Source of the DNA: Paraspadella gotoi
Lineage: Eukaryota; Animalia; Chaetognatha
Length of the DNA: 64,000 nt
Direction: 5' to 3'
NCBI GenBank assembly: GCA_051294375.1
Contig: CM119271.1
Coordinates: 12,059,620 to 12,123,619 of the forward strand
This document shows positions 51,201-64,000 of this stretch, piece after piece; position 1 is the first letter of the stretch; each line of letters starts with the position of its first letter. The translations under genes and the position numbers were made by a program. The notes under the pieces were generated by a model. It saw only the letters and a list, made by a program, of their open reading frames with translations, did no database searches and was not told where the DNA came from.

Positions 51201-54200
51201 TGGCGTGCCCGGTTGACCCTCGGTACGCGACAATAAATAGGAAAAGTCGATGAGAAAGCGTCCAAAGCCCTGCCGTTGATACTGCGGCAACGTCATGATG
51301 CAGGAAACGTTGTACTTTTGTTGGCAATGCTTCTCCTTGGAAAAATATCCCACCAGATGGCAGCCGCTCCGATCGTTTTTCGTCAACACGTAAAACAAGA
51401 ACGGCTCCACATCAAAGTAGAGAGTCTGAAGGTGAAAAAAAAAATCTTAAAATTATAGTGATCTCGCCAGACGTTACTATCAAAGAAAATTAATGAAAAA
51501 AAAAAAAAAAAAAAAAAAATGATGCGATAACAAATTATTGTTATAATAGTAATTGATGGATGTAATAGTAATTGATAGATGTAATAGTAATTGATTAATT
51601 ATTGTAATAATAATTGATTGATAATAGTAAATGATTATTGATGCGATAACCAAATGATTGATGCGATGATAACCAAATATTGATACGATGATAACCAAAT
51701 AGAAGAACTACATGATAGAATTACATTTTTTGCTTAACTTTTTGAGCTCTATCAGAATCAATTAAAAAACTTGAAATATCCAAAAAAAAATTTTCATTAC
51801 ATAGCAAAAAAATAATTTTAATTAGCGAATTACTCATGGTTCGGAACATTTTTTCAAAAAAAAAAAAGAATTTAACACAATAACTAATACCAATAATGGA
51901 TTCGTTAATACTGTTCCAATAAAATTTGAATTTGGTCGGCTACCGCTATCTAGGGTGAAAGGACTCTGAGATATCGCTACAGGAAATGTTACAATTGAGA
52001 AAAATCATACTGTAGTTGGTTATCGATACGAAATAATATATAATAATATAATAGTAATAATAACATTTTCCGTTTCATCTTCTTTCCCACCCTCTCCCAT
52101 CCTTTCCTTACTTTATGATCCAGGAAAAGCTTGGCCAATAAACAAAGATGTTGGCAATAGATCTTGCAAAGATGACCATCCACTTCGAAGACGGAGATGT
52201 CGTCCTTGCGATAAATCTCGTTCCCGGGCGGCTGAGGGCTCCGTCCGCACTTGGCCACGTGACGCTCGAGGATCCTCCGACTCTTGACGTATTTGAGACA
52301 GAATTCGCAGATGAAGAGTTTGGGCAGACGGGCGTACTCTTGAGGGTAAGGGGCGGAGTACCAAGTCTCGATCTCGAAGAGACCCAACTCAATGGAGGAA
52401 GGATTTCGTCCGGATTCGGGGTTCTCGTGATCGAAGATCGGCTGGAGAGGCGCGACGCGAGTCTTCGCCACCTCGCGGGCTTGTCTGAAGACGATCAGGC
52501 GGGGAGGGGGGAGGAGGAGAAGACAAGAAGGGATTCAAATGATAAAAAATTTACTATAGCCGAATACTAAAAAATGGTTAAAATTCTCACAACCCTAACC
52601 AGAATTCTAACCACCTTTAACCCGAGACCTCACTAACCACCTTTAAACAAACCCTAACTCTAGTGAGCGAATAACGCGATGCACAACTCGAAATGCAAAT
52701 CGATTTCCGCCAATGAATCGTCATCGCCTCATCATAAATCATCACTAATCATCATAAATCTTAAATCAATATAATAATAATCAACACCTCATCCGCTCAC
52801 AAAACGCCCTACAATTTCCATCCACCTGAACATTTCAAGATCTCTCTTGGTGACGTTTGTTCCCGGTTGGAGAGTCACTTCCGGAACCCAGCAACTGTAG
52901 TCCCCGCCCGCGGAGAGGGTTACGCCCTCGGAGCCAACCTCCGCCGACTCTTCCCCGTCCATTTTTCCCGCCTTTCTGCTTTTCGCCGACGGAGGGCGCG
53001 ACGAGTTGACGGAATTGGGCGTGGCCGATCGGGCGGGCGAAGGACAAGAAGAGACCGAAGACTTGGAAGGCGTGCGTAGAGACTGCCGAAGTGGCGTCGG
53101 CGTCGATCGAGGCTTTTCCGAAGATCTAAAAGCGATTGATTTAATAAAATATTATGTAATTAATTAATTAATTAATTAATTACCAAAAGAGAATGCGACT
53201 CACTTTTGCTCGAATCTTCTTGCTATTTTCTCCTCCTCGACTGAAGGCTTCTCTTTCCATCGTCCAACTTTCTCTTCTTCAACCGAAGGCCTCTCTTTCA
53301 ATCGCCCGACTTTCTCTTCGTCGACAGAGGGCTTTTCTTTCACACGCCCAACTTTTTGTCCATCAACGGAAGGCTTCTCTTTCAATCGCCCGACTTTCTC
53401 TTCGTCGACAGAGGGCTTTTCTTTCACACGCCCAACTGTTTGTCCATCAACGGAAGGCTTCTCTTTCCATCGCCCGACTTTCTCTTCGTCGACCGAAGGC
53501 TTTTCCTTCAATCGACGAGATTTTCTTTCGCCCGCAGGAAGTTCAGAGGATGAAGAGGAAGAAGAGGACGTGGAATACTTTTCTTCCTTCCTCCCTCTCT
53601 TTTCTTCTTCTCCTCCTTTCCTCCCTTCTCTCTTTCTCCACTCTTCCCCGTCACTCTTTTTTCTTTCTCCCTCTTTCCTCTCCTCCCCGTCTTTCCTCTT
53701 TCCTTCCCCTCCTCTCCTCTCATTCCTTCTATCCGTGCTGAGGTTTTCCCTCGCCACGCCATCTCCCCTTCCTCCAACGCCATCTCCCCTTCCTCCAACG
53801 CCATCTCCCCTCTCGACTTTACTCTCTCCTCTCTTCTCTTTTCTCACGTCTTCGCTCTCCTCTCTTTCGTGCTTGTCTCGCCCCGTCCTCTTCCCATCCG
53901 TCCGCGGGGGCACGACCCTGGCGGCCTCTTCCGCCCTCCCGGCGTGCCTGGCGGGGTCCCGAGCCAGTCTTCGAGCTTCCGGTTCTCGGATGGTCATTCT
54001 GCGAGATGCCGGCGCCTTCTCATCGTCGCAACGCGCCCTCTCGTCGTCGTCGATTTCAGGACGGTCGTCTTCGTCTCCTTCGATATTCAAATCTGAAAAC
54101 AAAACAAAAAATAAAAAGACAAATCAACAATAAAAAGTTTTTTTGGTGAGAATAATTATTATCATTTAAAATAAATATATATAATAATAATTACCCAAAT

Positions 54201-56352
54201 CGGAAACGCAGCAAGTTAGCGAATCGGAGACTTGCGAATGTTTCGACCAAAATCCATCGAAATCCCTGAGAGCAACAGTTTAAAATACTTGTGCGATCTG
54301 CGTGCGCAATAGTCTTTACAAATCGATTGAGTTTTATGAGTAATAATTATCCCCAAAACAGACGGATTGGTAATCGACTAGTTTTATATAATTTTTTTTT
54401 CCAATTTGGTATTTTTTGACGAGATAATAAACGATATCAGGTCTCCCATAATTTACAACTTTCGAACGATGAAGAGAAAGAAAGAGCGAGTGAAGTTCAT
54501 CCTTCGCAACACCTCTAAGAGACGAAAAAATCCGCGTCCTCGACAAATGACAAGGAAAGGATAAGAAAAGAAGAAACTGACCCATTTTTCCGTTTCTTGG
54601 AGGGCGTGGGTCCCGGCGCGGGGAGGAGGTAGGTCGGGTCGGCTCGAGCCCCTCGTCGTCTCCGCCGCGTCTCTCCCGAGGCGACGTAGAGATGAGAGAG
54701 ACCGTCGAAAAGGGCGCGGATGGGAGCCGCGTTGCCGAAGGAGGTCGGAGACGCCGACGACCGGCTCGAGGATCTTCCGAAGGGCAGAAGGGGGGGGGGA
54801 AGAATAGGAGGCAGGTAAGATAAGGTGAAGCGGCGACGGATTTGACTGCAGTGACGACGGAGAAAGAAGATGATGACGAACAACGACCGATGAACGAACA
54901 ACGACGAACAACGATGACGAACGACAATAACACACAACAAAAGACGGCGAACAACAAATGACGGCGAACCACAAATGTCGGCGAACAACAAAAGACGACG
55001 GACAACGACGAAAAAAAAGACGACGACGACGACGCAACTCACAGATCGAAGTGTGAAATTTCTTCTCCGTCTTCTTCCTCTTCGCTGCAACTTGAAATCT
55101 TGAAGGAATCTTCGTTGCGACTTTAAAAAAGTTTTAATTATTTTTAATTTTTAATATTTAACCCAAAGAAGAACGGTTAAGTCGCAGTGACTTTATATTC
55201 ATGCGTTTTTCCCTTTGATCTCATATGACATAACATGAGTAACTTTCTTAATCCATCAAAATTCCGTCTTTTATTCCTTATAGTTTAGGATTTCCTGAAC
55301 ATTTGAGGTTTTTTCCTGTCTTAACAAATAAGCAACTAACTATAAGCGAATTACATGCATTTTTAACGTAAGTGGGACAGACATACCGACCGAAAAGTGA
55401 TTAATAGAGTTGCTCCGAGAGTACTCGCGGTTCAACGAAAAACTTAACTTTGAATTTCAACTGAAATGGGGCCCTTTTGATAAATATGCGCTTCACCGGC
55501 GGCAAATGCAACGACAACGACAAAAGTTAGAGAGACTGACCCGAGAAGAGTTTTGGCGCCAAATCGGCGCCCAATCCTTGGCCTCTCCTGGGCGCCGCTC
55601 GGCTTGGGGCGCGCCCCCTCACGACGACACGCTCGCCCGATCTTTTTCTCGTGATGTCGGGAGCTGTTGACAAACGAAACGATGTAGAATTGGGGGGAGA
55701 AGGGAAAGTAGGATGGGGGGAGAAGTAGGATGGGGAAGAAGGTAGGATGGGGAAGAGGTAGGATGGGAAGAGGTAGGATGGGGAAGAGGTAGGGATGGGA
55801 AGAGGTGGGATGGGGAAGAGGTAGGATGGGGGAAGAGGTGGGGATGGGGGAAGAAGGGATGGGAGTGTGCTCGAGTGATAGGGAAGAGGGGTCGTGATGA
55901 GGTAATGACAACGAAACAGGTTGTTTTTGTACGCAAATGCTTGAGACATAATAATTTAAATAGTTAAGAATTGTTAAAATAACCTAGTCTTAGCACCGAC
56001 ATTACATTTACACTTACATTTAGTTGCGTCGCGAAGCGCATAAGTGACCAGTCGGGCCTGTCGGCCGGTAGGTCTACCTCACGTTTTAAATGCTTGAAAT
56101 ACGGTAAGTTATGTATAAAAAAAAAAGGCTTGACGCTATCGATTCATAGAATAGATTAATAGATTAAACCGCAACACCTTGTAATAATGTAATGTGTAAG
56201 GCTTTTCTCGTTGCGAGGGAAATTCTAGTCGGAACTCACATTTGCCTCTTGACGATCGCCTGCCCGCCTCCTCCTCCTCCTCCTCCTGCCGCGGTTCTCG
56301 TGAGACTCTGCTTCTTCTCTGGATCGTCACCCGCGGCGGCGACGGACGTCAT
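37427..56352 (-). CDS. KAT6: KAT6A/B (MOZ/MORF/Enok)-type MYST histone acetyltransferase, about 20 exons, very long low-complexity C-terminus
   Basis: MYST domain ([78 protein letters not shown]). KAT6-type motifs [19 protein letters not shown] and LGKLQQMTN. All exons from 56352 to 37427 join in phase by GT-AG, apart from three indels in the repeat at 47980-48540. Start codon uncertain. Confidence 0.88.
43949..44136 (+). mobile_element. 188-bp TGTGGC...GCCATA element with tRNA-like A/B boxes
   Basis: 4-bp direct repeat GTAC on both sides; TGGCTGAGCAGG (44005) and GGTTCAATCC (44048) at tRNA spacing. Confidence 0.75.
44176..44331. repeat. Dispersed SINE-like repeat family
   Basis: Shared blocks TATCTTGCCCCTGAC, CTTACAAGATAAT, AAGCTTTCAATCAA and CATTCGCCTCCCAACCCAAAGGT at about 15331-15480, 25872-25930, 26621-26760, and inverted at 60894-60960 and 63802-63955. 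Confidence 0.55.
44449..44703. mobile_element. 255-bp TGTGGC...GCCATA element, full copy
   Basis: Flanked by 4-bp direct repeat GTGT; nearly identical to 12727-12981. Confidence 0.85.
45890..46310 (-). repeat. Coding minisatellite in KAT6, 24-bp unit (SSAKLGVQ)
   Basis: About 17 in-frame units in ORF 45405-46772. Confidence 0.9.
47980..48540 (-). repeat. Coding minisatellite in KAT6, 30-bp unit ([10 protein letters not shown])
   Basis: About 18 units; three are 1 nt short (about 48061, 48291, 48451). Confidence 0.9.
48784..49401. mobile_element. Tc1/mariner-like MITE
   Basis: About 22-bp TIRs, CACTGCGGCGCAAAAAAAAGTAG and CTACTTTTTTTGCGCCTCAGTG; TA on the left, TC on the right. Confidence 0.65.
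53235..53510 (-). repeat. Coding minisatellite in KAT6, 39-bp unit ([13 protein letters not shown]-like)
   Basis: About 7 in-frame units in ORF 53200-54102. Confidence 0.9.
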
Positions 56353-58174
56353 CACGGCCGCGTCCGCGTCGAGGACCCCGAGGAGACGACGACCTCGACC
56401 ACGCCGCCCGTCAGATCCATTTCTTTCGCTCTTTATTTTTTCTTTCTTTCCGCTGATCTTACGTGTTTGTTTTTTTTCCCCCTTTTTGTTTTTTTTTCTT
56501 TGTTTTGTTTCGTTTTTTTTTTTGGCGCCCGTATTCGAATACGATCTTTGAGTGGGGGAGAGAGGGGATGAATTCAACTCATTTTCATTGTTTTTTTTGG
56601 TTTTTTTAATTTCAGTTAATTAACGGAGTTTTTTATTCATCATCTATATCACGGCAAGAAAAAAAAAGAAAACAAATTATTATTTTCTTTTTTCCTTAGT
56701 AACGGAATTCGTTTTTATAACTCGACGGTCCTCTTAGAAAACGGGTTACGAGCTTGATGTGAATTTGGTTGTTAATTATGTAACTATTTGAGCCTTTGGC
56801 GTGTGATTCTTTTTTTTTTTTAAATCTCACAACGACACTGGAGGTAAAAGACCGCGAGGACTCGAAACCATAAATAATGTATTAAGAAGCTAAAAAAAAA
56901 AAAAAACCACCTTAAGACGTTTCCAGACATAATACGGCGAAAAAGGAACAAATAAAAGTGCTCTTAGACTGCATACTAATACGGCTTACACTTTAGCTTA
57001 AAATCTATGAAGAGTAAGATTATTATTCGGATGAAAAATGTTCGAAATAAAAAACAAAGGCGAATAACATACCAACAAAGTGAAATAATTAATGGGAAAT
57101 AAAAAACGAAAAATGATTTTTCCGCTAACCGATTTTCATTATAATAACTAAGATTGTTTTTTTTTCAGTGCCATGCCGAAGATAAACAAATATACGAACA
57201 TTCAGGTATGACCGACAACAGTATGCTTCGCGTTTCGCTAGCAATTCAACCAATAAACTACTGGAAAAAAAAGAAATTTTTAACAGTTTTATATTTAAAA
57301 AAAATATATATTCACAGAAAGTTTGCGAACGAGAAAATGGAGAATACGGAAAAGAAAAAAGGTTGACTTTTTATTTGGAAAACGAATGCTTATCAAATCA
57401 TGGCACAAACTTTAAAACTTAAAAAAAAATATATTATATATATAACCTCTGGAAAATGCAAACTTCGGCTTTGCACTTTTTGACCCCAAAAATAAAAAGG
57501 AGAAAATAAAAATAAAAATGGAGAGGGGGGGGAAGTTGTTACGCAAGGAATGACTAGAACGGGTCGGCCGCTTGGCTATCGCTTGGCCAGCGTTTGTAGC
57601 CAGAAAAAGAAACGAAACGCGGCGTCTCCGTTCGAGGGGAAAAAAAAAAAAAGAAAAAGGAGATTTGTTTTTTGAGTTTTCTCGTTTGTTTTTTCCAATT
57701 CGGACAAAAAAAAATGTACAAATTAGTTTTAACATAATCCGAGCAGAAATCCGTGGTTCCCATTACCAAATATAACGGGTAAGTGTGAAGAGAAGGAAAA
57801 AGCTAATATCTAATGTGAAATACAACAAGTTGACTATTCGGGTTAGAATACGACGGGTTCTAGGCCTGAATAGGACACGTTTACGATTCGGGCTTCCCCC
57901 ATTCGAGAGAATAAGAGAGATAAAAAGAATTCCAATAAATTCTCCCCTCGCCCCCTAGGGAGAAGTCCGTCGTTTTCTCGAGTCCTCTTCAATTTAAATA
58001 TTTCTTCTTTCCCCATTGGACGGGGCGTCGCGACGTCGCTAGCACCGGCTCAACCCTTTACTTGTGAATCGTTGAAGACTCGCGACGTTCCCGCCAACGA
58101 AAATGATGTGTAAAGATGGCGACTACGGTCACGCCCACTTCCGGCGAGATAAGAGAGAGAGATCCGAAACAAAA

Positions 58175-58253
58175 GGAAAAAACATTCTCGCCGTCTCTTT
58201 TGTTGTCCTCAATCTTATATTAGTCTTCCTCCCCTATATTTCGGAAGGGGGGG

Positions 58254-58313
<60 letters not shown>

Positions 58314-58514
58314 CCTAAACAAAAAGAAAAACATTCTCGGCCGTCTCTTTTGTTGTCCTCAATCTTATATTAGTCTTCCTCCCCTATATTTCGGAAGGGG
58401 GGGAGGGAGGGAAAAGAGAGAGAGAGAGATCCTAAACAAAAAGAAAAACATTCTCGCCGTCTCTTTTGTTGTCCTCAATCTTATATTAGTCTTCCTCCCC
58501 TATATTTCGGAAGG

Positions 58515-58516
<2 letters not shown>
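58175..58516. repeat. Triplicated ~75-bp block in the MARK 3' UTR separated by (GA)n
   Basis: Three copies of AAAAACATTCTCGCCGTCTCTTTTGTTGTCCTCAATCTTATATTAGTCTTCCTCCCCTATATTTCGGAAGGG. Confidence 0.9.
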
Positions 58517-58548
<32 letters not shown>

Positions 58549-58549
58549 C

Positions 58550-63580
<5,031 letters not shown>

Positions 63581-64000
63581 TTAATAAAAAATATAAATTA
63601 GAGTCCAAAGTCGGGTGCAAAATAGCTTGTTTGCAAAATTAATGACCAATTTTTTTATAATGTTGTAACAATTTCATAACTGTCAGTGTCAGCACCTTGT
63701 ATTTTGATGGGAGTGTGGAATATAGTATTCCCGACCTAATACTTTAGGGAGTAGTCCTTTTATAAAATTTAAATATTATTTGAAATACAATTCTACTTCA
63801 TTGATAGGGAAGCCAGGTACTCTGGGATCGAATAAGTTAGACTGAGAGAGTCTTGATTGAAAGCTTACAAGGTCCTGCTATGTCATTATCTTGTCAGGGT
63901 GATGGAGGCCATAAACCACCAACATCTAACCAAAGTCAGGGACAAGATAGCTTATTGATTGAATGAATGAATGAATAATATTTATATTGGATGTAATCAT

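Overview
Animal-type eukaryotic genomic DNA with GC-rich exons, AT-rich introns and the standard genetic code; one N gap at 611-620. The taxon cannot be named from this window. Twelve intron-containing genes were reconstructed by hand, and all lie on the minus strand. In transcription order: MARK/PAR-1 (5' end outside the window), KAT6-type MYST acetyltransferase, PSMD1, YPEL5, MRPL37, RPL21, NUP93, POLR2C, ATP5PF, a Cys-repeat type-I membrane protein, UTP3/SAS10 and ULK/ATG1 (stop outside the window). Most stop-to-start gaps are only 200-750 nt and contain a U-rich tract plus an apparently unpaired AG acceptor, suggesting a long polycistronic, SL trans-spliced operon (inference; needs RNA data). 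Introns carry a family of small structured TGTGGC...GCCATA elements with 4-bp target-site duplications and tRNA-like and 5S-like internal segments, plus hAT-like and Tc1-like MITEs, Helentron/DINE-like repeats and a tRNA-Leu 3' retrocopy. Other oddities are a GA-AG intron in PSMD1, a KAT6 apparently lacking its N-terminal winged-helix/PHD module, and single-base frameshifts that are probably assembly errors. Exon coordinates are hand-derived and may be off by a few bases.
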